From NCBI GenBank assembly GCA_964651335.1, contig CAZYVT010000006.1, positions 1,659 through 65,658 on the forward strand: DNA of 64,000 bases, written 5' to 3'. The notes beneath the pieces are model-generated. The model saw nothing but the letters and a program-made list of their open reading frames with translations, did no database searches and was not told the DNA's origin. Positions 9,823 to 20,293 of this stretch are shown here, one piece after another; the first letter of the stretch is position 1; every line of letters starts with the position of its first letter. Source of the DNA: an uncultured Enterobacteriaceae bacterium (lineage in GTDB: Bacteria; Pseudomonadota; Gammaproteobacteria; Burkholderiales; SG8-39). Both the position numbers and the translations under genes were made by a program.

Positions 9823-12800
9823 ATGAACCCTGCACTCGACGTCCTGCGCGCGGCGATCGCGCGCGACCACCGGCTCGACGAGGCCGAGGCCGTGCGCCGG
9901 CTGCGCGCGGCGCAGCCGGAAAAGCCCGCGTCGCAGCGCATCACCCGGCATGCGCTTGCTTTCGCCCGGCAGGTACGCACCGCGCCGCTCGATCCGCTGA
10001 GCGCGGAGTCGTTTCTGCGCCATTACGGCCTCTCCACGCGCGAGGGCGTGGCGCTCATGTGCCTGGCGGAAGCGCTGCTGCGCATTCCCGATGCCGGGAC
10101 CGCCGACGAATTGCTGCGCGAAAAGCTGGCAGGCGGGCGCTGGGCGCTCGGCGAAGACCCGGGCTCGTGGGTCGCCAACGCCGCCGACTGGGCGCTCATG
10201 CTCACCGGGACGCTCGCGCGCTGGCACGACGTCTCGGACGTGGACCCGGCGGCGCAGGTCAAGCGCGCCGTCGCGCGCCTGGGCGAGCCCATGGTGCGCG
10301 GTGCCGTGCGCCAGGCGATGCGGATTCTCGCCGAACAGTTCGTGCTCGCCGAGACGATCGATGAGGCGGTCCTGCGCGGCGGGGCGCGCGCGCCCTACCG
10401 TTTCTCCTACGACATGTTGGGCGAGGCATCGCGCACGGCGGAGGATGCGGAACGCTATTTCGCGTCCTACACGCGCGCGATCCGCGCCGTGGCCGCGAGC
10501 AGCCGCCCCGGCCGCGTGTTCGATCGCGACGCCGTCTCGCTGAAGCTCTCGGCGCTGCATCCGCGTTTCGAAGAGGCGAAACGCGTGCGCGTGTTCGCGG
10601 AGCTGCTGCCGCGCCTGCAGTCACTCGCCTGCCTTGCGCGCGAAGGCGGGATCGGGATCACCCTTGATGCGGAGGAGTCCGAGCGGCTCGAACTCACTCT
10701 CGATCTTTTCGACGCCCTCGCCCGCGACCCGGATCTCGAGCACTGGCACGGTCTCGGCATCGCGGTGCAGGCCTACCAGAAGCGCGCTGCCGCGGTCTGC
10801 GATTGGGTGGTTGCGCTCGCGCGCGCGGCGCGCCGCCGCGTGACCGTGCGGCTGGTAAAGGGCGCCTACTGGGATGGGGAGGTGAAGCGCGCGCAGCAGC
10901 TCGGAATGACGGACTACCCGGTGTTCACGCGCAAGATCGCAACCGACCTCTCCTACACCGCCTGCGCGGCGCGGCTGCTGCAAGCCGCGGACGCGGTCTA
11001 CCCGGCGTTCGCCACGCACAACTGCCGCAGCGTCGCAACGATCCTGGAGCTTGCGGGCGATCGCTCTGACTTCGAGTTCCAGCGCCTGCTCGGCATGGGA
11101 GAGGCGCTCTACGGAGCGCTGCTCGCCGGGCATCCGGTCGCCTGCCGCATATACGCACCGGTGGGGAGCTTTACGGAGCTCCTGCCTTACCTCGTGCGTC
11201 GGCTGCTCGAGAACGGCGCCAACACCTCATTCGTGCACCAGATCGCCGATCCCGCGGTCGAGCTCGAGGACCTCGTCGCCGATCCGCTCGAACGGTTGCC
11301 CGAGCCCTACGCGCCGGACGCGCGGATCCCCCTGCCGCGGCGGCTCATTCCCGGTCGCGAGCAGTGCCTCGGCCTCGATCTTGCCCGGCGCGACGTCCTG
11401 GCGGCGTTGCACGAACGCATCACCGCCGACCGGAGTACGGCCACGGCGCTCGAGCCGGTCTCGCCCGACATGCTCGATTCCGCCATTGCTCGCGCGGCGC
11501 GCGCGTTCGAAGCCTGGTCGCTGACCTCAGCGGCGGAGCGTGCGGCGATCCTCGAACGGGCCGCGCAGGGCATCGAAGGCGGCATGACCGAGCTCGTCTC
11601 GCTCATCGTGCGCGAAGGCAAGAGAACATACGCCGACGCGGTCTCGGAGGTGCGCGAAGCAGCCGATTTCTGCCGTTACTACGCACAGGAGGCGCGCCGG
11701 AAATTCGGCGACCCGCTCCCGCTCCCGGGCCCCGCGGGCGAATCGAACGTGCTCGCGCTGAACGGCCGCGGCCCATTCGCCTGCCTGAGTCCCTGGAACT
11801 TCCCGCTCGCGATCTTCACCGGCCAGGTCGCCGCCGCGCTCGCCGCGGGCAATTCGGTGATCGCCAAGCCCGCCGAACAAACGCCAGGCATCGCGCTGCG
11901 CGCGCTCGAGATCCTGCACGCAGCGGGCGTACCTCCGGATGCCGCAATCGGCGCCCCCGGGGATGGCGAAACGATCGGCGCGCGGCTCGTCGCCGACCCG
12001 CGCGTTGCCGGCGTCGCGTTCACCGGCTCTTTGGATACTGCAAGGGCGATCCACCTGGCACTTGCGAAGCGTCCGGGACCGATCGTGCCGCTCATCGCCG
12101 AAACGGGCGGATTGAACGCGATGCTGGTGGATTCCTCCGCGCTTCCCGAGCAGGTGGTGGACGACGTCGTCACCTCCGCGTTCCAGAGCGCAGGCCAGCG
12201 CTGCTCGGCGCTGCGCGTCCTGTTCCTCGACGAAGGCTGCGCGCAGCGCGTGCTGCGCCTGCTCGCGGGCGCGATGCGCGAGCTGAAGGTCGGAGACCCG
12301 GCCGAGCCCGACACGGACATCGGCCCGATCATCGATGCTCCTGCGCGCGACGCGCTCCAGCGCCATGTCGAGCGCCTGCGCGCGGGCGCGAAGCCGATCG
12401 CCGAGACGCCTTTGCCGCCGCACCTGCCCGCGGGGGAGTGGCTCGCTCCGATCGCCTTCGAACTGGCGCTCGATGCGCTCCCGACCCGCGAGGTCTTCGG
12501 CCCGGTGCTGCACGTCTGCATCTACCGGCGCAGCGAACTCGGACGCGTGCTGCAATGGATCCGCGCCACCGGCTACGGCCTGACGCTCGGCATCCACAGC
12601 CGCGTTCAGGGTTTCATCGAGCGCGTCGTACGCGGCGCGCGCGTCGGCAATATCTACGTCAACCGCAGCATGATCGGCGCTGTCGTCGGCGTGCAGCCTT
12701 TCGGGGGCGAAGGCCTATCGGGCACCGGCTTCAAAGCCGGCGGACCGAATTACCTGCTCCGGTTCGCCAGCGAGCGGACGCTGACGGTGAATACCGCAGC

Positions 12801-12846
12801 GGTCGGCGGCGTCACCGAGCTGCTGGCCCCGGGAGACGGTCCTTAG
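9823..12846 (+). CDS. putA: bifunctional proline dehydrogenase / L-glutamate gamma-semialdehyde dehydrogenase (no N-terminal RHH domain)
   Basis: 1007 aa. The N-terminal part carries the PRODH barrel (LMCLAEALLRIPD, YDMLGE). The C-terminal part is an aldehyde dehydrogenase (FxSAGQRCSALRVL, ETGGLNAM). Confidence 0.9.
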   Translation: MNPALDVLRAAIARDHRLDEAEAVRRLRAAQPEKPASQRITRHALAFARQVRTAPLDPLSAESFLRHYGLSTREGVALMCLAEALLRIPDAGTADELLREKLAGGRWALGEDPGSWVANAADWALMLTGTLARWHDVSDVDPAAQVKRAVARLGEPMVRGAVRQAMRILAEQFVLAETIDEAVLRGGARAPYRFSYDMLGEASRTAEDAERYFASYTRAIRAVAASSRPGRVFDRDAVSLKLSALHPRFEEAKRVRVFAELLPRLQSLACLAREGGIGITLDAEESERLELTLDLFDALARDPDLEHWHGLGIAVQAYQKRAAAVCDWVVALARAARRRVTVRLVKGAYWDGEVKRAQQLGMTDYPVFTRKIATDLSYTACAARLLQAADAVYPAFATHNCRSVATILELAGDRSDFEFQRLLGMGEALYGALLAGHPVACRIYAPVGSFTELLPYLVRRLLENGANTSFVHQIADPAVELEDLVADPLERLPEPYAPDARIPLPRRLIPGREQCLGLDLARRDVLAALHERITADRSTATALEPVSPDMLDSAIARAARAFEAWSLTSAAERAAILERAAQGIEGGMTELVSLIVREGKRTYADAVSEVREAADFCRYYAQEARRKFGDPLPLPGPAGESNVLALNGRGPFACLSPWNFPLAIFTGQVAAALAAGNSVIAKPAEQTPGIALRALEILHAAGVPPDAAIGAPGDGETIGARLVADPRVAGVAFTGSLDTARAIHLALAKRPGPIVPLIAETGGLNAMLVDSSALPEQVVDDVVTSAFQSAGQRCSALRVLFLDEGCAQRVLRLLAGAMRELKVGDPAEPDTDIGPIIDAPARDALQRHVERLRAGAKPIAETPLPPHLPAGEWLAPIAFELALDALPTREVFGPVLHVCIYRRSELGRVLQWIRATGYGLTLGIHSRVQGFIERVVRGARVGNIYVNRSMIGAVVGVQPFGGEGLSGTGFKAGGPNYLLRFASERTLTVNTAAVGGVTELLAPGDGP

Positions 12847-12943
12847 CAGCGTGGATCCGTTCCGGCTGCGAGGCTCTGCAGCGCGATCTTGTCTGCAGGG
12901 CGTGAATGGCTCAACATGAGCGCACCCTGGCCAGGAGTCCATC

Positions 12944-15900
12944 GTGCCGCGATCCGAAGAAAAGCAGAAGGCCGGCTTGATCGAGAGCCTGATCGAATAT
13001 GCACGCGCCCGGCTGGCGCAGGACCAGCGGGCTCAAGTGGAGCCTCTGCTGCGCGCCTATTACGGCGAGGTTGATCCGGGCGACCTCGCGGAGCGCGGCG
13101 TCCCCGATCTGTACGGCGCGGCGCTCGCGCACCTCAAGTTTGCCCGCCGCTTCTCGCCCGGTGCGCCCAAAGTCCGCGTGTACAACCCGGTGTTCGCCGA
13201 GCACGGCTGGCAATCCACGCACACTGTGGTCGAGATCGTCAACGACGACATGCCGTTCCTCGTCGACTCGGTGACCATGGAAGCCAACCGTCACGGCCTC
13301 ACTCTCCATCTGATGATTCACCCGGTGCTGAGGGTGCGCCGCGACGACACCGGCAATCTGCTCGAATTCGTTCCGGGATCGGACAAGGAAAGAGGAAGAC
13401 TGGAGTCATTCATCCACATGGAGGTCGACCGTCGCACCGAGGCCGACGCGCTCCAGCGCCTGCAGGACGGAATCATCGGGGTTCTCGGCGACGTGCGCCT
13501 GGCGGTCCAGGACTGGCCGAAGATGGCGCACCGCATGGAACTCGCGGTGGCCGAAGCGGAGCAGGACCGCGCCGCAGCCGATCCCGCACGAGCGAGCGAG
13601 GAGCTGGAGTTCCTGCGCTGGCTCGTCGATCATCATTTCACGTTTCTCGGCTGCCGGGACTACGACCTGGTCAGAAACGGCACCGAAGATGTGCTGCGGA
13701 TTGTTCCGGGCTCGGGACTCGGAATCCTGCGCGAGTCGAGGAGAACCGTGTCGGCGAGCTTCGCGTCGCTTCCGCCCGAGGCGCGTGAGCGCGCGCGTGC
13801 GAAGGAGCTGCTCATCCTCACGAAGGCGAACTCGCGCGCCACGGTGCACCGGCCCGGTTACCTCGACTACGTGGGGGTCAAGCGTTTCGATGGCGGCGGC
13901 GAGGTGGTCGGCGAGCGGCGCTTCCTCGGCCTGTACACCTCCGCAGCCTACAACGCCAATCCCACCGAGATCCCGCTGCTGCGGCGAAAGGTGCGCGAGG
14001 TGCTCGCCCGCGCGGGCGTGCTGCCCGGAAGTTACTCCGAGAAAACGCTCATCACGATCCTCGAGACGTATCCGCGCGACGAGCTGATCCAGATCCCGGT
14101 GGACGAGCTCTACGAGCACGCGATCGGCATCCTGCGGCTCGGGGAGCGCCAGCGCACGCGTCTGTTCGTGCGCCGCGACGTGTACGGCCGTTTTTTCTCC
14201 TGCCTGATCTACGTGCCCCGCGAGAACTACAACACCGAGCTGCGCGTCCGGATGCAGCGCATCCTCAAGCGGGCGTTCAACGGCGCTGCCTCCGAGTTCA
14301 ACGTGCACCTCTCCGAATCGATGCTGGCGCGCATTCAAATCGTGGTGCGGACGTCACCGGAAAGCATTCCCGAGTACGACGTGCGCGAGCTGGAGGCGAG
14401 AATCGCGCAGGCCACGCGCCGCTGGGAGGACGACCTGGAGCAGGCGTTGGTAGAGCGCTTGGGCGAGGAACGCGGCAACCAGCTGTACCGCCAGTTCGGC
14501 GCCGCGTTCCCGGCCGGCTACCGGGAAGAAAATGCGCCGCAAAGCGCGGTCCATGACGTCGAGATGATGGCGCGGCTGGATTCCGCGGCGAGCCTCGGCA
14601 TGAACCTTTACGTTCCGCCCGAGGCCGCAAGCGGCGCACTGCGCTTCAAGATCTACCACGCCGCTACGGCGGTGCCGCTTTCCGAAAGCCTTCCCATGCT
14701 CGAGCACATGGGTGTCAGGGTGCTGGAGGAGCGTCCGTACAAGATCGAGCCGGAGGACATCGGCCCGCTGTGGCTCGACGACTTCGGCCTGTCGCTCGCC
14801 GGCGACTCCGACGTGGAAATCGAGGAAGTACGCGGCATATTCCAGGACACATTCGAGGGCATGTGGAGCGGGGCGATCGAGTGTGACGATTTCAACCGCC
14901 TGGTGCTGCGCGCCCGCCTCGCGCCGCGCGAAATTACGGTGCTGCGCGCGTACGCCAGGTATCTGCACCAGACGGGGTTCCATTTCAGCCAGGCCTACAT
15001 CCAGGCGGCGCTGGCCGGCAATGCCTCGATCGCCCGGCTGCTGGTCGAATTGTTCAAGCGCCGCTTCGATCCGGTGCGGGTCGCGGACCGCGACCCGCAA
15101 TGTGCGGAACGGGCCGCGGAGATTGAGCGCGCGCTCGATGCCGTTTCCAGTCTGGACGAGGACCGGATTCTGCGGCAGTACCTCGCGCTGATCCAGGCGA
15201 GCCTGCGCACCAACTACTTCCGGCGCGGCGCGGACGGCGCGCCCAAGCCGTACCTTTCCATCAAGTTCGACTCGGCGCGGATTCCCGGGCTGCCCGAGCC
15301 GCGGCCGCTGTTCGAGGTCTTCGTGTACACGCCGCGCGTCGAGGGCGTGCACCTGCGCGGCGGCAAGGTGGCGCGCGGCGGGCTGCGCTGGTCGGATCGA
15401 AGGGAGGATTTCCGCACCGAGATCCTCGGCCTCATGAAGGCGCAGATGGTGAAAAACGCGGTGATCGTGCCGGTCGGCTCCAAGGGCGGCTTCGTCCTCA
15501 AGCGCCCGCCGCCCGCAGGGGACCGCGAGGCGCTCATGAAAGAAGGAATCGAGTGTTATCAGACGCTGCTGCGCGGCCTGCTCGACCTCACCGACAACCT
15601 GGTTGCGGGAAAGGTCGTGCCGCCGCCCCAAGTCGTGCGCCACGATCCGGACGACCCGTACCTGGTCGTCGCCGCCGACAAGGGGACCGCGACCTTCTCC
15701 GACATCGCCAACGGGGTCGCCAGGGAATACGGCTACTGGCTGGACGACGCCTTCGCCTCGGGCGGCTCGGCCGGCTACGACCACAAGAAAATGGGGATCA
15801 CCGCGCGCGGCGCATGGGAGTCGGTGAAACGGCACTTCCGCGAGCTTGGGCTGGACACCCAGGCAACCGACTTCACGGTCGCCGGGATCGGCGACATGTC

Positions 15901-17770
15901 CGGCGACGTGTTCGGCAACGGCATGCTTCTTTCGCGCCACATCCGCCTGCTCGCCGCCTTCGACCATCGGCACATCTTCCTCGACCCGGCACCCGATGCG
16001 GAGGCGAGCTTTCGCGAGCGCGAACGCCTGTTCCCGCTGCCGCGCTCCTCCTGGTCCGATTACGACGCCAAGCTGATCTCGCAGGGCGGCGGCGTGTTTC
16101 CGCGCAGCGCAAAATCGATCCCGCTCTCGCCCGAAGTGCGCAAGGCGCTCGCCATCCAGGCTGACGCGCTCGCGCCGAACGAATTGATCGGCGCGATCCT
16201 CAGGGCGCCGGTGGACCTTCTGTACAACGGCGGCATCGGAACCTACGTCAAGTCGAGCCGCGAAACCAGCGCCGAGGTGGGGGACCGCGCGAACGACGCG
16301 ATCCGCGCCAACGGCTCGGAGCTTCGCTGCCGCGTGGTCGCCGAAGGCGGAAACCTCGGCTTCACGCAGCGCGGCCGCATCGAGTACGCGCTGGCGGGCG
16401 GAAAAATCAACACCGACGCGATCGACAATTCCGCGGGCGTGGACTGCTCGGACCACGAGGTCAACATCAAGATCCTGCTCGGAGCGGTCGTACGCGACGG
16501 CGAAATGACGGAGCAGCAGCGCAATCACCTGCTCGCGCAGATGACCGGCGAGGTCGCTGCGCTCGTGCTGCGCGACAACTACTTCCAGACCCATAGCCTG
16601 TCGGTGTCCGGCGCAATGGCGACGGGCCTGCTCGACGCGCAGGAGCGCTTCATCCGCGCGCTTGAGCGCGCCGGCAGGCTCAATCGCGCGATCGAATTTC
16701 TGCCGAACGACGAAGAACTCGCCGAGCGGCGCGCCGCGAAGACCGGTCTCGCCTCGCCGGAGCGCGCGGTGCTGCTCGCCTACAGCAAGATCACGTTGTT
16801 CGACGAGCTGCTCGGCTCCGACGTGCCGGAAGATCCGTACATTGCAACCGCCCTGGAACGCTATTTCCCGCAGGCGTTGCGCGAGCGCTACCCGGCGTAC
16901 ATTCTCCGGCACCCTCTGAAGCGGGAGATCATCGCCACCTACGTCGCGAACAGCATGATCAACCGCGTCGGGAGCACTTTCGTCCATCGCATGCGCGAGG
17001 AGAGCGGCGCCGGCAGTGCCGATGTGGTGCGCGCCTACCTCGTAGCGCGCGAAGTGTTCGGCATGGTGGATTTCTGGCGCGCCGTCGAGGCGCTCGATTA
17101 CAAGGTCGCCGATCGCGTGCAGACGGAACTGGTGATCGACGCGGGACGGATGATGGTACGCGCGACGCTCTGGTTCCTCAGGAAGCGGCGGCACCTCGCC
17201 GGTATCGCACGCGCGATCGAGTACTTCCGGCCGCGAACCGAGCGGATCGCGGCGCTGTTCCCGCAACTGCTGACCGCGGCCGAGCAGGATGCCTTCGCAA
17301 AGACCGCGCGGCGCATCGAGGAGGCAGGCGTACCGCCGGCGCTCGCCGCGCGCGCGGCCGGGTTCGACGCATTGCTCTCCGCACTCGACATCGTCGAGGT
17401 GGCGGGCGGTCTGTCGCGCGATCCGGAGGTCGTGGCGCGCCTCCATTTCATGCTCGCCGGCGAACTCGACTTGCCGTGGCTGCGCAACCGCATCGCGACC
17501 CTGCCTGCGGAAAGCCACTGGCAGGCGCTCGCCAAGTCCGCATTGCGCGACGATCTCGCGGCCCTTCAGCGCTCCCTGGCAAGCGAAGCGCTGCGCACCG
17601 ACTCGGGCGACGAGCCAGACGGGTTGATCGCCGCCTGGAAGGGCCGCAACGGCGCTCTCTTGGAGCGCTTCCGCCAGGTGCTCGCCGACCAGAGATCGGC
17701 CGACTCGTCCGACCTTGCCATGCTGTCGGTCGCGATGCGCGAACTTCGCAACCTTTCCTCCCGCGCTTAG
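12944..17770 (+). CDS. gdhB: large NAD-specific glutamate dehydrogenase (about 180 kDa class)
   Basis: 1608-aa ORF with a GTG start preceded by AGGAG. The central catalytic region is RGGLRWSDRREDFRTEILGLMKAQMVKNAVIVPVGSKGGF, plus GDMSGDVFGNGML, both typical of the Bac_GDH family. Confidence 0.9.
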   Translation: MPRSEEKQKAGLIESLIEYARARLAQDQRAQVEPLLRAYYGEVDPGDLAERGVPDLYGAALAHLKFARRFSPGAPKVRVYNPVFAEHGWQSTHTVVEIVNDDMPFLVDSVTMEANRHGLTLHLMIHPVLRVRRDDTGNLLEFVPGSDKERGRLESFIHMEVDRRTEADALQRLQDGIIGVLGDVRLAVQDWPKMAHRMELAVAEAEQDRAAADPARASEELEFLRWLVDHHFTFLGCRDYDLVRNGTEDVLRIVPGSGLGILRESRRTVSASFASLPPEARERARAKELLILTKANSRATVHRPGYLDYVGVKRFDGGGEVVGERRFLGLYTSAAYNANPTEIPLLRRKVREVLARAGVLPGSYSEKTLITILETYPRDELIQIPVDELYEHAIGILRLGERQRTRLFVRRDVYGRFFSCLIYVPRENYNTELRVRMQRILKRAFNGAASEFNVHLSESMLARIQIVVRTSPESIPEYDVRELEARIAQATRRWEDDLEQALVERLGEERGNQLYRQFGAAFPAGYREENAPQSAVHDVEMMARLDSAASLGMNLYVPPEAASGALRFKIYHAATAVPLSESLPMLEHMGVRVLEERPYKIEPEDIGPLWLDDFGLSLAGDSDVEIEEVRGIFQDTFEGMWSGAIECDDFNRLVLRARLAPREITVLRAYARYLHQTGFHFSQAYIQAALAGNASIARLLVELFKRRFDPVRVADRDPQCAERAAEIERALDAVSSLDEDRILRQYLALIQASLRTNYFRRGADGAPKPYLSIKFDSARIPGLPEPRPLFEVFVYTPRVEGVHLRGGKVARGGLRWSDRREDFRTEILGLMKAQMVKNAVIVPVGSKGGFVLKRPPPAGDREALMKEGIECYQTLLRGLLDLTDNLVAGKVVPPPQVVRHDPDDPYLVVAADKGTATFSDIANGVAREYGYWLDDAFASGGSAGYDHKKMGITARGAWESVKRHFRELGLDTQATDFTVAGIGDMSGDVFGNGMLLSRHIRLLAAFDHRHIFLDPAPDAEASFRERERLFPLPRSSWSDYDAKLISQGGGVFPRSAKSIPLSPEVRKALAIQADALAPNELIGAILRAPVDLLYNGGIGTYVKSSRETSAEVGDRANDAIRANGSELRCRVVAEGGNLGFTQRGRIEYALAGGKINTDAIDNSAGVDCSDHEVNIKILLGAVVRDGEMTEQQRNHLLAQMTGEVAALVLRDNYFQTHSLSVSGAMATGLLDAQERFIRALERAGRLNRAIEFLPNDEELAERRAAKTGLASPERAVLLAYSKITLFDELLGSDVPEDPYIATALERYFPQALRERYPAYILRHPLKREIIATYVANSMINRVGSTFVHRMREESGAGSADVVRAYLVAREVFGMVDFWRAVEALDYKVADRVQTELVIDAGRMMVRATLWFLRKRRHLAGIARAIEYFRPRTERIAALFPQLLTAAEQDAFAKTARRIEEAGVPPALAARAAGFDALLSALDIVEVAGGLSRDPEVVARLHFMLAGELDLPWLRNRIATLPAESHWQALAKSALRDDLAALQRSLASEALRTDSGDEPDGLIAAWKGRNGALLERFRQVLADQRSADSSDLAMLSVAMRELRNLSSRA

Positions 17771-17820
17771 GGTCGCGCCAGGGCGACGCACTTGCGCGCC
17801 GTGAACGGCAGGCCGCTCGC

Positions 17821-17849
17821 TTGACACGACGTAAGGGGTTACCGAGAAT
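17821..17849 (+). promoter_or_regulatory. putative sigma70-type promoter for gltIJKL
   Basis: TTGACA (17821-17826), a 17-nt spacer, then GAGAAT (17844-17849), about 27 nt upstream of the gltI ATG. Motif match only. Confidence 0.3.
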
Positions 17850-17875
17850 GATCCTTCTTTCAGAGGAGGAACGCC

Positions 17876-18778
17876 ATGAGGTCCGCACGCATTCTGTTTG
17901 CCCTGCTCGCGGCGGCCGCGCTCGCCGCGCCTGCCGCGGCGCAGGAGGGCACGCTGAAAAAGATCAAGGAGAGCGGCTCGATCACGATCGGCCACCGCGA
18001 TGCTTCGGTGCCGTTCTCGTACTACGACGACAAGCAGCAGCCGGTCGGCTATGCGATCGACCTGTGCATGAAGATCGTCGACGCGGTCAAGGCCGAGCTG
18101 AGGATGCCCAAGATCGAGGTCAAATACCAGCTCGTCACCTCGGCCAACCGCATTCCGCTGATGGGCAACGGCACCATCGACCTGGAGTGCGGCTCCACCA
18201 CCAACAACCTCGAGCGCCAGAAGCTGGTGTGGTTCACGGTCACGCACTTCGTGACGGCGAACCGCTTCGTGTCGAAAAAGGCCTCGAACATCAAGACGCT
18301 CGCGGACCTCAAGGGCAAGACCGTGGCCTCGACTGCCGGCACGACCAACATCAAGCAGATTACCGAGCTCAACGGCCAGCAGAACCTCGGCATGAACATC
18401 ATTTCGGCGAACGGCCACTCCGAGGCCTTCCAGATGGTCGAGACCGGCCGCGCGGTCGCCTTCGTGATGGACGACATCCTGCTCTACAGCCTGGTGGCGC
18501 TGTCGCGCGCGCCCGGAGACTACGTGATCTCGGCCGACGCTCTGTCGATCGAGCCTTACGGCATCATGGTCCGCAAGGACGACGCGGCGTTCAAGAAGGT
18601 GGTCGACGCGGCGATGACGAACGTCCTCAAGTCCGGCCAGATCAACGCGATCTACGACAAGTGGTTCCTGAAGCCGGTGCCGCCCAAGGGCATCAACCTG
18701 AACGTGCCCATGAGCGCCCAGTTCAAGGACGTGGTCGCCAAACCGACCGACTCGGGCGATCCGGCCGCGTACAAATAA
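17876..18778 (+). CDS. gltI: glutamate/aspartate ABC transporter periplasmic binding protein
   Basis: 300 aa with a signal peptide (ALLAAAALAAPAAAQ) and family-3 SBP motifs (ITIGHRDASVPFSYYD, GTIDLECGSTT). It is followed by two permeases and an ATPase. Confidence 0.85.
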   Translation: MRSARILFALLAAAALAAPAAAQEGTLKKIKESGSITIGHRDASVPFSYYDDKQQPVGYAIDLCMKIVDAVKAELRMPKIEVKYQLVTSANRIPLMGNGTIDLECGSTTNNLERQKLVWFTVTHFVTANRFVSKKASNIKTLADLKGKTVASTAGTTNIKQITELNGQQNLGMNIISANGHSEAFQMVETGRAVAFVMDDILLYSLVALSRAPGDYVISADALSIEPYGIMVRKDDAAFKKVVDAAMTNVLKSGQINAIYDKWFLKPVPPKGINLNVPMSAQFKDVVAKPTDSGDPAAYK

Positions 18779-18797
18779 GCGCTCGCAACCGGACAAC

Positions 18798-18824
18798 GGG
18801 GAGCTTGGGAGCTCCCCGTTTTTG
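18798..18824 (+). terminator. intrinsic terminator/attenuator hairpin between gltI and gltJ
   Basis: GGGGAGCT-TGGG-AGCTCCCC (8-bp perfect stem) followed by GTTTTTG, 20 nt after the gltI stop. Confidence 0.6.
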
Positions 18825-18836
18825 CTTGAGGGCGGT

Positions 18837-19589
18837 GTGAATTACAACTGGAACTGGAGGATCTTCTTCGCCGCCGAGCCCGGCGGCACGGGGACGTACC
18901 TCCAGTACCTGATCGTCGGTCTGGGCTGGACGCTCGCCACCGCGCTCGCCGCCTGGGTGCTCGCGCTTGCAATCGGCGCGATCGTCGGCACGCTGCGCAC
19001 GACCCCGATGAAATGGGTGGTGCGCCTGGGCGACGCGTACGTCGAGATTTTCCGCAACGTGCCGCTCATCGTGCAGATGTTCCTCTGGTTCTTCGTCATG
19101 CCCGAGTTGGTGCCGAAGGGCATCGGGGACGCGATCAAGCAGATGCCGCCGCCCTGGGGCTCCTACATCCCGGCGGTGCTGTGCCTCGGCATTTACACCT
19201 CGGTGCGGGTCGCGGAGCAGGTGCGTGCCGGCATCCAGTCGCTGGCGCGCGGCCAGGGCATGGCCGGCACCGCGCTCGGCCTGACGCTGCCGCAGACGTA
19301 CCGCTACGTGATCCTGCCGATGGCGGTCCGGATCGTGCTGCCGCCGCTGACTTCCGAGTTCATGAACATCATCAAGAATTCCTCGGTGGCGCTGACCATC
19401 GGGCTGCTCGAGCTCACCGGCCGGGCCCGCGCCATGCAGGAGTTCAGTTTCCAGGTATTCGAGGCGTTCGCCGCGGCGACGCTCATCTATCTGCTCACCA
19501 ATCTCGTCGTGGTGCTCGGGATGCGCGCCCTGGAACGCAGGGTCCGCGTTCCCGGAATGATCAGCGTGCAAACCGCGCAGGCGCACTAG
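18837..19589 (+). CDS. gltJ: glutamate/aspartate ABC transporter permease
   Basis: VNYNWNWRIFF... parallels the E. coli GltJ N-terminus (DWNWGIF). The conserved segment is ELFRNVPLIVQMF. GTG 18837 is preferred over the ORF-track TTG 18822, which lies inside the terminator tail. Confidence 0.85.
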   Translation: MNYNWNWRIFFAAEPGGTGTYLQYLIVGLGWTLATALAAWVLALAIGAIVGTLRTTPMKWVVRLGDAYVEIFRNVPLIVQMFLWFFVMPELVPKGIGDAIKQMPPPWGSYIPAVLCLGIYTSVRVAEQVRAGIQSLARGQGMAGTALGLTLPQTYRYVILPMAVRIVLPPLTSEFMNIIKNSSVALTIGLLELTGRARAMQEFSFQVFEAFAAATLIYLLTNLVVVLGMRALERRVRVPGMISVQTAQAH

Positions 19590-19590
19590 C

Positions 19591-20283
19591 ATGGTCGCGG
19601 AATTCGACTTCGACGTCATCCAGAGATCGTTCGGCTACCTCTTCAAGGAGGGGATGACCTTCACGCTCACGCTGACGTTCATGGCGATGGTGGGCGGGAT
19701 CTTCTTCGGCACGCTGCTCGCCATGATGAGGCTCTCGAAGTTCCAGGTGCTGTCGTACGTCGCCGGCGGCTACGTCAACCTGATGCGCTCGGTGCCGCTG
19801 CTGCTGGTCATCTTCTGGTTCTTCTTCCTCGTGCCGTACATCGGAGCCTGGGTCATCGGCGCCAGGGAGCCGATCAAGGTGGGCGCGTTCTGGTCGAGCG
19901 TGATCACCTTCACCATGTTCGAGGCGGCGTACTACTGCGAGATCATGCGCGCCGGAATCCAGTCGGTCGCGCGCGATCAGGTCTGGGCAGGGTACGCGCT
20001 CGGCCTCGACTACTGGCAGACGATGGGCAAGATCGTGCTGCCGCAGGCGTTCCGCAACATGATCCCGGTGCTGCTCACGCAGACCATCATCCTGTTCCAG
20101 GACACCTCGCTCGTGTACGTCATTTCGGCCACCGATTTCCTCGGCGCAGCCTCGAAAGTCGCCAACCGCGACTACCGCCTGGTCGAGATGTACAGCTTCG
20201 TCGCGGTGGTCTATTTCGTCATGTCCTTCGGCCTGTCCGTGATTGTCAAGCGGCTGCAGGAGCGCATCGCCATCATCCGGTAG
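19591..20283 (+). CDS. gltK: glutamate/aspartate ABC transporter permease
   Basis: 230 aa, polytopic, with an EAA-like loop ([17 protein letters not shown]). It starts 1 nt after the gltJ stop. Confidence 0.85.
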   Translation: MVAEFDFDVIQRSFGYLFKEGMTFTLTLTFMAMVGGIFFGTLLAMMRLSKFQVLSYVAGGYVNLMRSVPLLLVIFWFFFLVPYIGAWVIGAREPIKVGAFWSSVITFTMFEAAYYCEIMRAGIQSVARDQVWAGYALGLDYWQTMGKIVLPQAFRNMIPVLLTQTIILFQDTSLVYVISATDFLGAASKVANRDYRLVEMYSFVAVVYFVMSFGLSVIVKRLQERIAIIR

Positions 20284-20293
20284 GGACCCACCC

